Below are positions 29,301 through 41,376 of a stretch of DNA of 64,000 nucleotides, piece by piece. Under the pieces are notes generated by a model that saw nothing but the letters and a program-made list of their open reading frames with translations, was not told the origin of the DNA and did no database searches. Position numbers and translations under genes: made by a program. Positions within the stretch are counted from its first letter, which is position 1. Every line of letters begins with the position of its first letter. Source of the stretch: Gammaproteobacteria bacterium (GTDB lineage: Bacteria > Pseudomonadota > Gammaproteobacteria > Steroidobacterales > Steroidobacteraceae). The stretch lies in contig JAGWWY010000010.1 of assembly GCA_018970145.1 (NCBI GenBank), positions 21,783-85,782 on the forward strand, written 5' to 3'.

Positions 29301-29362
29301 GTGATCTCCTTTTGGATATAAAGCCCCCCGGCGAGGCGCTGCCGGTGGAGCAAGGGTCGCGG

Positions 29363-29391
29363 ACTATAGCCGACGAACCTACCCTCGGCAA
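29363..29391 (-). promoter_or_regulatory. Candidate sigma70 promoter of rpsF-rpsR-rplI
   Basis: The minus strand reads TTGCCG-N17-TATAGT. The -35 lies in the last codons of rlmB. This predicts a ~55-nt 5' UTR containing a hairpin at 29324-29348. Confidence 0.4.
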
Positions 29392-30146
29392 CTTGCCGAG
29401 TGGCGCTGACGCACCGCCTCGTACAACAACATGCCGGCAGCGACCGACACGTTGAGGCTCTCGACCGCCCCCAGCGACGGCAGACGCACTAAATAGTCGC
29501 AATGCTGCCGCGTGTTCTGTCGCAGCCCGCTGCCTTCGGCACCCATGACGAGCGCGATCGGACCGGTCAAGTCGACTTGATCGGCACGCCGCCCACCCTC
29601 GGCCTCGGCACCCACGACCCACAGCCCTTGGGACTTCAAATCGCGCAGGCAGCGAGCCAGGTTGGTCACCGCCACGACCGGCGTCGTCTCGGCCGCACCG
29701 GCTGCCACCTTGCGCACCGTGGCGTTCATCTGCACCGCACGATCCTTCGGGATCACGACGGCCATCGCGCCACACGCGTCCGCCGTCCGCAGGCACGCGC
29801 CAAGATTATGCGGATCTTGCACCCCATCGAGGATCAACACGAGCGGCGCGCCACGTGCGGCGTCCCAATCAGACAAGGCCGCCGTCAAACGATCTTCATT
29901 CCATGGGGTCATCGCACGGACTTCAGCGACCACACCCTGATGCACGGCGGCGCCAACCATGCGCTCCAGCCGAGCGGTATCGACGCGCTCGATCGCCACC
30001 CCACTCGCCTCGGCCGCTCGCGACAACGCCGCGATGCGAACATCATCGCGACCGCGCGCGACATAGACTCGCTGAACGCGTTCGGCGTGCCGTTCGAGTA
30101 AAGCCCGCACGGCATGAATGCCATGCACCGTCTCTAGCTGACTCAT
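29379..30146 (-). CDS. rlmB: 23S rRNA (guanosine2251-2'-O)-methyltransferase RlmB
   Basis: It is a SpoU/TrmH-family protein with an N-terminal substrate-binding domain, and lies downstream of rnr as in E. coli. Its ATG overlaps the rnr stop. Confidence 0.9.
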   Translation of the reverse strand: MSQLETVHGIHAVRALLERHAERVQRVYVARGRDDVRIAALSRAAEASGVAIERVDTARLERMVGAAVHQGVVAEVRAMTPWNEDRLTAALSDWDAARGAPLVLILDGVQDPHNLGACLRTADACGAMAVVIPKDRAVQMNATVRKVAAGAAETTPVVAVTNLARCLRDLKSQGLWVVGAEAEGGRRADQVDLTGPIALVMGAEGSGLRQNTRQHCDYLVRLPSLGAVESLNVSVAAGMLLYEAVRQRHSASCRG

Positions 30147-32191
30147 GAGCGCTTCTTGCCGGGACGCAGCGCTCGGCGCGGAGTTTTGAATTTGGAAGGG
30201 ACCGTCTCAACGGCCGCATCGAGTTCGAGATCGACCAGACCTTCGACTGGATTGGCATGCGTGACGATCACTCGCACCGCTGCACCGATACGCAATTCGA
30301 GATCGCGCTGCTTCGCGTACCACGCCTGCCCATCCGCGCTCATTTCGTAGTCGTCATCGCGCAGGGTATCGAGACGTAGCAAGCCATCGATACCGATCCC
30401 GCGCAATTGAATAAAGCACCCGTATTCGACCACCGTCGTGATCAAACCATCGAAGGTCTGCCCTACGCGCTCGCGCAGATAACTGCACTTGAGAAAGTTG
30501 TCGACGTAACGATCCGACTCATCGGCACGCTTCTCGAGCCGTGACAAATCTTGTCCCAACGGCGCGAGTTGCTCGGTCCCGTATCGAAGGCCTGAGGAAT
30601 CCTTCGGGTCGATACTCGCCTTGATCGCGCGGTGCACGACGAGATCGGGATATCGACGGATGGGCGAAGTGAAATGCGCATACTCGGTGAGCGCCAAACC
30701 GAAATGTCCAATGTTCACCGGCTGGTACAAGGCCTGCGGCATCGAGCGAACAACCAGCGACTCGATGAAAGGCAAATCGAGACTGTGCGCGGCCCGTTCG
30801 GTGATCTTGCGTAGGTCGCGGGGTTCGACTTCCTCTGGCAACGTGGCATCGACACCGATCGCCGTCAGCTGCGTGAGCAGTTGGTCGAGTTTTTTTTCAT
30901 CGGGCACCGCGTGAACTCGATAGAGGCCACCGGCCCGTGCCGTCTTCAGCTGACGGGCTGCCGCCACGTTGGCGAGAATCATGCACTCCTCGATGAGCTT
31001 GTGTGCATCGTTACGCGCATAGAGCGACAGGCCACGCACCCGCCCCGCCGCGTCGAAATCGTAAGTCGGCTCGGTGCTCTCGAAATCGAGTGCACCCCGA
31101 CGCTGTCGCGCTTTAAGCAACACGCGATACAAATCGACCAACGGTTCTAGTGCCGGCAACGTTGCACCGATGGCTTTGCGCGCCGCAGGCTTGCCCTCGA
31201 ATAGCGCCTCGAAGGCGAGCGTGTAGGTCAAGCGCAGATGGCTGCGCATCACCGCGGGATAAAACTTGAAATCGAGCAGACCACCGCTTTTACCGACGAT
31301 CATATCGGCGACCAGACACAGGCGGTCCACCTCGGGCTCGAGCGAGCACAGATGGTTCGACAAGGCCGTGGGTAACATCGGCAGCACACGATTCGGGAAA
31401 TACACTGACGTGCCTCGCTCGCGCGCGTCGACATCGAGACCACTACCGACTCGGACGTAGTGACTTACGTCCGCAATCGCCACCACGAGGCGAAAGCCCT
31501 TTGAATGTCTCTCAGCATAGACCGCATCGTCGAAATCACGCGCATCGGCCCCATCGATCGTGACGAGTGGCATCGCACGCAAATCGATTCGATCACGCGC
31601 CTCGTTGGGATCGATCCGCTCCCCAAAATTCTCTGCCTCGCGCAGTGCGGTAGCGCCAAATTCGACCGGCAGCGAATAGCGCGCGATCGCCGTCTCGGTC
31701 GCCATTTCGAGCGGACGCTCAGGATCGAGAACCTTGACCACCTCGGCCATGGCGGTGCGGTGCGCATCCGGATAGCGCGTGATGCGGGCGATCACCCAGT
31801 CGTCGCGACGCGCACCGCCCAATCGATCTGTGGGCACGAGACAACGCAGGCTCAAGCGACGATCGACGGAGTTCACGAACGTCGTGCGACCTTGAACCTC
31901 GACCGTACCGAGGAACGCTGTGACACCGCGCGATAGGATCGAGAGCACCTCACCCGAGTAGCGTCCCGAGTGGTCTTTCTCGACACTGATTCGGACCCGA
32001 TCACCGCTTGCCAAGCCTGCGGCCGCGCGGGGTGGGAGGAAAACACTCTCCTCTTGTCCCTCGACACGCACGAAGGCAAAACCGGAACGGTGCGTCGATA
32101 CCAAGCCTTCCATAGTGCCCGCACTCGTTCGGTGACTACCACCGGAGGGCCGCCGCGAGGTATCGCGGCGGGAGCGGGAACGATGCTTCAT
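30143..32191 (-). CDS. rnr: Ribonuclease R
   Basis: It has cold-shock-like domains, an RNB catalytic domain (DGADARDFDDAVYA) and a C-terminal S1 domain with a basic tail. I prefer ATG 32191. An alternative GTG lies at 32230, 3 nt from the tRNA-Leu gene. Confidence 0.9.
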   Translation of the reverse strand: MKHRSRSRRDTSRRPSGGSHRTSAGTMEGLVSTHRSGFAFVRVEGQEESVFLPPRAAAGLASGDRVRISVEKDHSGRYSGEVLSILSRGVTAFLGTVEVQGRTTFVNSVDRRLSLRCLVPTDRLGGARRDDWVIARITRYPDAHRTAMAEVVKVLDPERPLEMATETAIARYSLPVEFGATALREAENFGERIDPNEARDRIDLRAMPLVTIDGADARDFDDAVYAERHSKGFRLVVAIADVSHYVRVGSGLDVDARERGTSVYFPNRVLPMLPTALSNHLCSLEPEVDRLCLVADMIVGKSGGLLDFKFYPAVMRSHLRLTYTLAFEALFEGKPAARKAIGATLPALEPLVDLYRVLLKARQRRGALDFESTEPTYDFDAAGRVRGLSLYARNDAHKLIEECMILANVAAARQLKTARAGGLYRVHAVPDEKKLDQLLTQLTAIGVDATLPEEVEPRDLRKITERAAHSLDLPFIESLVVRSMPQALYQPVNIGHFGLALTEYAHFTSPIRRYPDLVVHRAIKASIDPKDSSGLRYGTEQLAPLGQDLSRLEKRADESDRYVDNFLKCSYLRERVGQTFDGLITTVVEYGCFIQLRGIGIDGLLRLDTLRDDDYEMSADGQAWYAKQRDLELRIGAAVRVIVTHANPVEGLVDLELDAAVETVPSKFKTPRRALRPGKKRS

Positions 32192-32219
32192 TGACACCCG
32201 TACCGCCCGTGCGTACATT
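32191..32219 (+). promoter_or_regulatory. Candidate sigma70 promoter of tRNA-Leu
   Basis: It reads TTGACA (32191-32196), N17, TACATT (32214-32219), 14 nt upstream of the mature tRNA 5' end. The -35 overlaps the rnr start codon on the other strand. Confidence 0.55.
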
Positions 32220-32233
32220 TCGCGGCCCACCCT

Positions 32234-32318
<85 letters not shown>

Positions 32319-32329
32319 GGGTGGCGATC

Positions 32330-33577
32330 TCAATCATCCTGTCTTTCGAAGCTGAGTCCGGCATGCGATCGCAGTCGGATCCACAACTTCTCGCCGAGCG
32401 CACTCGCCGGTGTCCAAAACCCACCCGCGACTTCGGCCCGCGAGACATCGAACGCGAGACAAGCCGCGGCCTCGCCCAACATTTTGGCCGTCGAACCGTA
32501 GCCCGGATCGCGATCTCCGGTGACTTTGACGCGCAGCGTCCGACCATCGCTCGTGCGACCGAACAAGCGCAGATCAAAGAATCCGCGCTCTTGTTGAATC
32601 GGGCTCGGTCCCTCACCGGGTTTTGGCAAAACGTAGCGCTCGAGGAGTGCTCGCACTGGACCAATGCTGCTCGCTACCATGAAAGCGGCAAGCCCAGCGC
32701 CGGTCGCGACGGCCGCGAGCCGACCGCGCCAGCCACGACCTGTCAGCACCGCCTCGTCGTAGACAAAATCCGAGCCATACGAGTGCGACTGCAGAAAATT
32801 GCTGCGGTGTACGATACGCGTATTGATGCCGCTCATGACGAATGGCGCAATCCAACCGCGAAAATCCGCATCGAAAGCGACCGCCGCACCACTTGGCTGA
32901 CGTACCCCCTTAGACGGGCTGCCTGTACAGAGCGAGTATGGATTCGCGAGTTCTTTTCGCAACGCCGGGTTCGCGCGCGTTTCTTTGACCACGTTGAGAA
33001 GACTCGCCACTGTGCCGCCGGAAAAACCACCTCTCATCGCCTTGACACGAAGCTTGACACGCGAGCAACTCTTGCCGAACGATGTCTGAGCCTCGCGCTG
33101 CAGAAACCACACCCCAAGGTCCGACGGAATCGAATCGAACCCGCAGCAGTGCACGATACGCGCCCCACTGGCTGCAGCGGCGCCTGCGTAACGCTCGATC
33201 ATGCGGCGGATCCACTGAACCTCGCCGGTCAAATCGCAGTAATCCGTGCCCGTGTCGGCACAGACCTTGACTAAGGTCTCGCCATACAGCGCATAGGGGC
33301 CCACGGTCGAAACGACGACTCGCGTGTCGTGACAAAGCGCGCGCAGACCGTCCTCGTCGGCGGCATCGACCACGATCGACTCGAGCGAGACCGCCGCGGA
33401 CCCGAGCGAGCGCTTCAACTCCTCGAGCTTGGCGGCCGAGCGTGCCGCGATCGCCCATCGCAGGCCCTGTCCGACACCGTGTCGCTGTAGAAGGTAGCGG
33501 CACAGAATTTGGCCGACAAAGCTGGTCGCACCGAACACCACGATGTCGTGCCGCAGCGCAGTCGAGTGAGGCGTCAT
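32330..33577 (-). CDS. Saccharopine-dehydrogenase-like NAD(P)-binding oxidoreductase (SCCPDH / trans-acting enoyl reductase family)
   Basis: It has an N-terminal Rossmann motif (VVFGATSFVGQ) and family blocks (VVSTVGPYALYG, HCCGFDSIPSDLG). ATG 33577 is preceded by an AAGGAG SD. Confidence 0.8.
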   Translation of the reverse strand: MTPHSTALRHDIVVFGATSFVGQILCRYLLQRHGVGQGLRWAIAARSAAKLEELKRSLGSAAVSLESIVVDAADEDGLRALCHDTRVVVSTVGPYALYGETLVKVCADTGTDYCDLTGEVQWIRRMIERYAGAAAASGARIVHCCGFDSIPSDLGVWFLQREAQTSFGKSCSRVKLRVKAMRGGFSGGTVASLLNVVKETRANPALRKELANPYSLCTGSPSKGVRQPSGAAVAFDADFRGWIAPFVMSGINTRIVHRSNFLQSHSYGSDFVYDEAVLTGRGWRGRLAAVATGAGLAAFMVASSIGPVRALLERYVLPKPGEGPSPIQQERGFFDLRLFGRTSDGRTLRVKVTGDRDPGYGSTAKMLGEAAACLAFDVSRAEVAGGFWTPASALGEKLWIRLRSHAGLSFERQDD

Positions 33578-33608
33578 GGGAATACTCCTTGCCGATACTC
33601 CGGACCGA

Positions 33609-35779
<2,171 letters not shown>

Positions 35780-35780
35780 A

Positions 35781-36926
35781 TCAGCGCTCCAACCGCGCAC
35801 GCGGATCGGCATTGGCGGCAGCATCGGCCGCGGCACCCGCAGCGGATCGCGGTATCGTGACCGATACCTCGGGTTCGGACCCGTTACCACGACGTTGTTC
35901 CATCAGCTTATCGAGCGGCAGATACAGCATCTGGTTACCCGACTTGCTGTCGACGACGATCTTCTGCGACCGGCTCAACACATTTTCCACCGCTTCGATG
36001 TAGAGACGATCGCGGGTCACTCTCGGCGCCTTGTCGTAAGCGCCGACGAGTTGATTGAAGCGCTGTGCTTCACCCTCGGCCACCGCGACGACTTGAGCGC
36101 GGTAAGCCTCGGCCTCCTGCAATTGGCGTAACGCAGCACCCTCGGCGACCGGCAAGATACCGCTCGCATAGGCCTCGGCTTCCTTGGTGAGCCTCTCCTT
36201 GTCCGCGAGCGCCTTGTTCGCGTCGCGCTGCGACTCTTGCACGTCGGTCGGGACCTGGATGTCGGTGAGGTTCACGCTGGTGATGAAGATGCCCGTGCCG
36301 TATTGATCGAGTGTCCGCTGGATCAACTCGCGGGTGCTGGCCGTTACCTGTTCACGATTCGAGACGAAGATCGCCTCGAGGGTGCTGCGACCGACGACCT
36401 CACGGATCGCCATCTCGCCCACATCGCTCAAGGTCTGCTCCGGATCACGAACTTTGAACAAATATTTGACCGGATCGCGCAGCTGGTACTGAACCGCCAA
36501 CGTCATGTCGATCAGGTTGATGTCCTGCGTCAACACCTTGGCCGTGTAACTGACACTGTTGACCTTTTGCGTATTGACCTTGGTCACGCGGTCGATCGGC
36601 CAAATATGAAAGCCGAGCCCCGGATCGCGCACGGAAGCGAACTGACCGAATCGTTGCACGACGCCGCGCTCGGCTTGATCGATCGTGAAAAAGCTCTGGT
36701 AGGCCCAAAACGCGAACACGACGCCTGCGATGATCAGCAGTTGCGAGCGATTGTCGGCCGGTTCGGTGCCCTCAGGTTCTGTCCCGGCCGGACCGCCAGC
36801 GCCGGCGCCTTTCAGGATGTTGTCAAGCTTGCGCTGAAATTTGCGCAAGGCATCGTCGCCGCCAGACTTGCCGGGGCGCTTGCCCCAAGGATTCTTTTGG
36901 CTTCCGCCAGGTTCATTCCATGCCAT
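35781..36926 (-). CDS. hflK: Protease modulator HflK
   Basis: Its N-terminus (MAWNEPGGSQKNPWG) is typical of HflK and it has an SPFH domain. The start is ATG 36926. Confidence 0.9.
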   Translation of the reverse strand: MAWNEPGGSQKNPWGKRPGKSGGDDALRKFQRKLDNILKGAGAGGPAGTEPEGTEPADNRSQLLIIAGVVFAFWAYQSFFTIDQAERGVVQRFGQFASVRDPGLGFHIWPIDRVTKVNTQKVNSVSYTAKVLTQDINLIDMTLAVQYQLRDPVKYLFKVRDPEQTLSDVGEMAIREVVGRSTLEAIFVSNREQVTASTRELIQRTLDQYGTGIFITSVNLTDIQVPTDVQESQRDANKALADKERLTKEAEAYASGILPVAEGAALRQLQEAEAYRAQVVAVAEGEAQRFNQLVGAYDKAPRVTRDRLYIEAVENVLSRSQKIVVDSKSGNQMLYLPLDKLMEQRRGNGSEPEVSVTIPRSAAGAAADAAANADPRARLER

Positions 36927-36963
36927 AGGTGTGCTTTCGGTTGCGCGCGGATGAGGGGGAAAA

Positions 36964-38328
36964 TCAAGAACGGCGCGCGGTCGCCGGTGATTGTAGGTAC
37001 CCCCTGTCGACCACACAAGTTATGTGCTCGCCCGAGGGCGCTGAAAGGGGGGCCAAGGCCTCCACGGTCACGCCCGGAAGGCGCGCGAGAACGGTCGCCT
37101 CGGCATCGGGTATCGCAGCAGACCATTCTATCGAACCGTCCTCCTGCACCTGTTCCGAACGGATTGCGCCCGCTGAATACAGCCGCGCGCGCAACTGGCC
37201 CGCTTGGCTCGCGCTCGCCCTGACGCGACGCAGGCTCGCAAACAAGGCTAAGCGTTCGGCGATCGCTTCGAGCAAGAGCTCTAGCCCCCGGTGTCTCGCG
37301 GCCGAGATCCAGACGCTGGCCACCTGCCCCTCGGCATCACGCTCGACCCGCGGGACGAGATCGAGTCGGTCAATTTTGTTGTACACCCGAATCTGCGGAA
37401 GTTCGCCGGCTCCGACCTCGGTCAACACTGCGTTGACCTGCTCGATGCGTTCATCGCGACGCGGATCACTCGCATCGATGACATGTAGCAGCAGAGTCGC
37501 CTCGCGCGCCTCGGTGAGTGTGGATCGAAACGCTGCAACCAATTCGTGCGGCAACTCGCGGATGAAACCCACCGTATCGGCAAGCACGACCGGAGTGCCG
37601 CCCGGTAATTCCACTTTACGCACCAGCGGATCGAGGGTCGCAAAGAGCTGATCGGCGACATAGGCGTCGGCACCCGTCAACGAACGGAACAAGGTGGACT
37701 TGCCCGCGTTGGTGTAGCCGACCAAAGCCACGGACGGAATCGGAATTTCGACCCGACGCTGTCGGCCGGTCTCGCGTTGCAGCTGCAGTTTTTCGAGCCG
37801 CTTCGAGAGAACTCGCACACGCTCGCCGAGCAAACGACGATCGGTTTCGAGCTGGGTCTCGCCGGGACCACGCAACCCGATACCACCTTTCTGACGCTCA
37901 AGATGCGTCCAACCTCGAACGAGTCGACTCGCCAGGTGGCGCAACTGGGCGAGCTCGACTTCGAGCTTGCCCTCGTGGCTGCGTGCACGCTGCGCAAAAA
38001 TATCGAGAATGAGGGCGTTGCGATCGAGCACGCGCAGGCCCGTCAGTTTCTCGAGATTGCGCTCCTGGCTCGGTGAGAGCGCATGGTCGACCAAGATGAC
38101 TTCAGCACACGTGTCGACGGCAACTTGCCGGATCTCCTCGGCCTTGCCACTGCCGACAAAATATTTGGGATCCGGTCGATCACGCTTGCCGGTGACGGTA
38201 GCGCCCACGGAGACGCCGGCCGACTCGGCCAACTGAGCGAACTCGTCGAGATCTTCCTGCTCGATCGGTGCGCCGAGACCTAAGCGAACGAGGACGGCCT
38301 TTTCGCCGCCGCGGGGACGTTCAAACAC
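36964..38328 (-). CDS. hflX: GTPase HflX
   Basis: It has the HflX N-domain and G-domain motifs (GYTNAGKST, DTVGF, NKID). It uses a GTG start. Confidence 0.95.
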   Translation of the reverse strand: MFERPRGGEKAVLVRLGLGAPIEQEDLDEFAQLAESAGVSVGATVTGKRDRPDPKYFVGSGKAEEIRQVAVDTCAEVILVDHALSPSQERNLEKLTGLRVLDRNALILDIFAQRARSHEGKLEVELAQLRHLASRLVRGWTHLERQKGGIGLRGPGETQLETDRRLLGERVRVLSKRLEKLQLQRETGRQRRVEIPIPSVALVGYTNAGKSTLFRSLTGADAYVADQLFATLDPLVRKVELPGGTPVVLADTVGFIRELPHELVAAFRSTLTEAREATLLLHVIDASDPRRDERIEQVNAVLTEVGAGELPQIRVYNKIDRLDLVPRVERDAEGQVASVWISAARHRGLELLLEAIAERLALFASLRRVRASASQAGQLRARLYSAGAIRSEQVQEDGSIEWSAAIPDAEATVLARLPGVTVEALAPLSAPSGEHITCVVDRGYLQSPATARRS

Positions 38329-38346
38329 GCTTCAGGCGTGCCAAGC

Positions 38347-38658
<312 letters not shown>

Positions 38659-38678
38659 TTAACATGACAGAAGTTCCC

Positions 38679-39620
38679 TCAGCGTTGGGAAAGTAACCCT
38701 CGCTGCAAGGCGGCCACCCTCGCCTCCAGAGGATCCGTTTGCTGTGGATCCAACCGCTCCCAATCTGAATCGGCATGGATCCACGTCAGCTGGCGCTTGG
38801 CGAGTTGCCGAGTCGCTGCCACCGCTCGCGTGAGCGCGGTCGCGAGGTCGGTCTCACCGGCGAGATGCGCCCACAGCTGGCGATAGCCGACGGCGCGCAG
38901 CGATGGTGCGGTGGGACTCAAGCCAGGTTTGGAGCGCAACCCGGCGACCTCCGCCAGAAAGCCCTCCTGCATCATTTGTCGAAAGCGCTGCTCGATACGC
39001 TCGTGCAACCAGGCTCGATCCGTCGGCACCAGGGCGAGACGTGCGAACCGCCAAGCGTGGGTCGCTTGGGTGTCGAGCTGCCACTGACTGATCGGCCGAC
39101 CGCTCACCCGATAGACCTCCAAAGCACGCTGGATACGCTGGGCGTCGTTGCGGTGAATCTTGGCTGCGGCCAACGGATCGACCACCGTCAATTCGTCGTG
39201 CAATGCCGGCCAGCCGCGCTCCGCCGCTGCCGCGTCGATGGCGCGACGGATATCCGGATCGGCTGCGGGCAGTTTGGCGATACCGCGGATCAGGGCGTTG
39301 AAATACAGCATCGTGCCGCCGACGAAGATCGGGAAGTTGCCGCGCGCTCGAATCGCTTGGATCGCCTGCAGCGCATCCGTGACGAACTCGCCGGCGCTGT
39401 AGGTATCTGCGGGGTCGCGAATGTCGATCAAGTGATGCGGGATCCGCTCGCGCAAACGACGAGACGGTTTGGCCGATCCGATGTCGAGACCGCGGTAAAC
39501 TTGGGCGGAATCGACGCTGATGAGTTCGACCGGCAGGACTTCGGCTAGACGCAGCGCCAACGCAGACTTGCCGCTCGCCGTCGGACCCGCGATCAGCAGC
39601 GCGTCAAATTCAGCGGCCAC
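38679..39620 (-). CDS. miaA: tRNA dimethylallyltransferase MiaA
   Basis: It has a P-loop (GPTASGKS) and the DSAQVYRGLDIGSAKP block. Its GTG start overlaps the mutL 3' end by 11 nt. Confidence 0.95.
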   Translation of the reverse strand: MAAEFDALLIAGPTASGKSALALRLAEVLPVELISVDSAQVYRGLDIGSAKPSRRLRERIPHHLIDIRDPADTYSAGEFVTDALQAIQAIRARGNFPIFVGGTMLYFNALIRGIAKLPAADPDIRRAIDAAAAERGWPALHDELTVVDPLAAAKIHRNDAQRIQRALEVYRVSGRPISQWQLDTQATHAWRFARLALVPTDRAWLHERIEQRFRQMMQEGFLAEVAGLRSKPGLSPTAPSLRAVGYRQLWAHLAGETDLATALTRAVAATRQLAKRQLTWIHADSDWERLDPQQTDPLEARVAALQRGLLSQR

Positions 39621-41367
39621 GCAAAAACAACTGATCGAGTTGCGCCAACGACAGGGTCGTCCAGGTCGGTCGACCGTGATTGCATTGCCCTGCGCGCTCG
39701 GTCGACTCCATATCGCGCAGCAAGGCGTTCATCTCAGGCAAAGTCAGGCGACGATGAGCCTTGATGGCGCTACGGCAGGCGATGTTCCCGAGCAACGCGT
39801 TGACCGTCCCCTCGAGATGGTGCGACCCCCGCTCGTCGGCCAAGTCGCGGAGCACGTCGCGGATCAGCGGCGTCGGATCCTCGTGAGCGAGCAAACCCGG
39901 CACGGCGCGCACCGCCAACTTGCCGGGGCCGATCACATCGATCTCGAAACCCGCGCGCTCGAACTCGATCGCTTGCTGGTCAAAAAATTCTGTCACATGC
40001 GATGGCACATCGACCACTCGCGGCTCGAGCAAACGCTGCGAGGCCGCGTGGTCGCCTCGCGCGACTTTCAGCTTCTCGTACAAAACGCGCTCATGCGCGG
40101 CGTGTGCATCAACCAAAACCAGGCCGGAGGCGCTTTGCGCCAGGATGTACACGCCGTGCAATTGTGCGATGGCCGTACCGAGCTCACCTGCCCGCGCGAC
40201 CACCACGTCTGCAACGCGATCGGTTGAATCTCGGGATCGCCATGGGTCGGATAGCCAAGGATCAAAAGCCGGTAACGTACGCGGCATCGCGAGCGGCAAA
40301 GCTTCTGTCGTCGAGCCTTCGGAGGCACCGACACCGAGTGACGTCGCATCAGCCGTGGGCGCAGCAACACCGGCGGGTACGCCGAGCGCCGAATGGACGC
40401 TGCGAAAAACAAAATCATGGATCTGCCGACTGTCGCGGAAACGGACTTCGAGTTTCTGCGGATGGGCGTTCACATCGACCCAAGCAGGGTCGAGCTCGAG
40501 ATAGACGAGGTACGCAGGCTGACGCCCGTGGTAGAGGACATCGCGATAACCGAGTCGCACGGCGCTCGCCAGCAACCGATCGCGAACCATACGTCCGTTG
40601 ACGTAGGCGTATTGGTGGTCGCTGCTGGCTCTGGCGGCCTGCGGCTGCCCGAGCCAGCCATGCAGTGAGACCGAACCGGATCGCCGCTCGAACTCAATGG
40701 CACTGGCGATGAACTCATCGCCAAGAATGGCAGCGACTCGCGCCCTGCGCCCCTCGGCGCTTGTTGTCAACGGCGCATCAAGCAGCACTCGACCACCGTG
40801 ACGCAACCGAAACGCGACATCGAACCGAACCAACGCCAAACGCTCAACAAGCCTGGCAATATGACTCCACTCGGTGCTCTCAGCACGCAGGAATTTTCGT
40901 CGTGCGGGTACATTGAAAAAAAGATCGCGCACCTCGATCAACGTGCCACGCGGCTGCGCGGAGGGCTTGATGTCCGAAACCTCACCGCCATCAACACGAA
41001 TCTCCATCGCTGCTGCGGCACCCTCACGTCGTGACGCCACTCGCATGCGTGACACCGAGCCGATCGACGGTAACGCCTCGCCGCGAAACCCGAGGCTAGT
41101 GATCGCGGCCAAGTCCGCGAGCGTTGCGATCTTGCTGGTCGCATGTCGCTGCACCGCCAACGCGAGCTCGTCGGCGGCGATACCGTGCCCATCGTCCAGG
41201 ATGCGGATCAACCCTGCGCCACCTGCCTCGATATCGACATCGATATGGTGCGCACCGGCATCCAAGCTATTTTCCAGTAATTCTTTGACAACGGAGGCTG
41301 GACGCTCGACAACCTCGCCCGCAGCGATCTGATCGACGAGCGCGCTCGGCAACTTTCGGATAGGCAC
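39610..41367 (-). CDS. mutL: DNA mismatch repair protein MutL
   Basis: It begins (M)PIRKLPSALVDQIAAGEVVERPASVVKELLENSLDAG, a GHKL ATPase N-terminus. It uses a GTG start. Confidence 0.95.
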   Translation of the reverse strand: MPIRKLPSALVDQIAAGEVVERPASVVKELLENSLDAGAHHIDVDIEAGGAGLIRILDDGHGIAADELALAVQRHATSKIATLADLAAITSLGFRGEALPSIGSVSRMRVASRREGAAAAMEIRVDGGEVSDIKPSAQPRGTLIEVRDLFFNVPARRKFLRAESTEWSHIARLVERLALVRFDVAFRLRHGGRVLLDAPLTTSAEGRRARVAAILGDEFIASAIEFERRSGSVSLHGWLGQPQAARASSDHQYAYVNGRMVRDRLLASAVRLGYRDVLYHGRQPAYLVYLELDPAWVDVNAHPQKLEVRFRDSRQIHDFVFRSVHSALGVPAGVAAPTADATSLGVGASEGSTTEALPLAMPRTLPAFDPWLSDPWRSRDSTDRVADVVVARAGELGTAIAQLHGVYILAQSASGLVLVDAHAAHERVLYEKLKVARGDHAASQRLLEPRVVDVPSHVTEFFDQQAIEFERAGFEIDVIGPGKLAVRAVPGLLAHEDPTPLIRDVLRDLADERGSHHLEGTVNALLGNIACRSAIKAHRRLTLPEMNALLRDMESTERAGQCNHGRPTWTTLSLAQLDQLFLRGR

Positions 41368-41376
41368 GATACGCGT

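Noticed and set aside
30890-30897. A T8 homopolymer (A8 on the coding strand) inside rnr, considered as a phase-variation or frameshift tract.
   Set aside because: - It simply encodes Glu-Lys-Lys (GAA AAA AAA) in an intact reading frame of a housekeeping gene.
- No alternative frame has coding potential.
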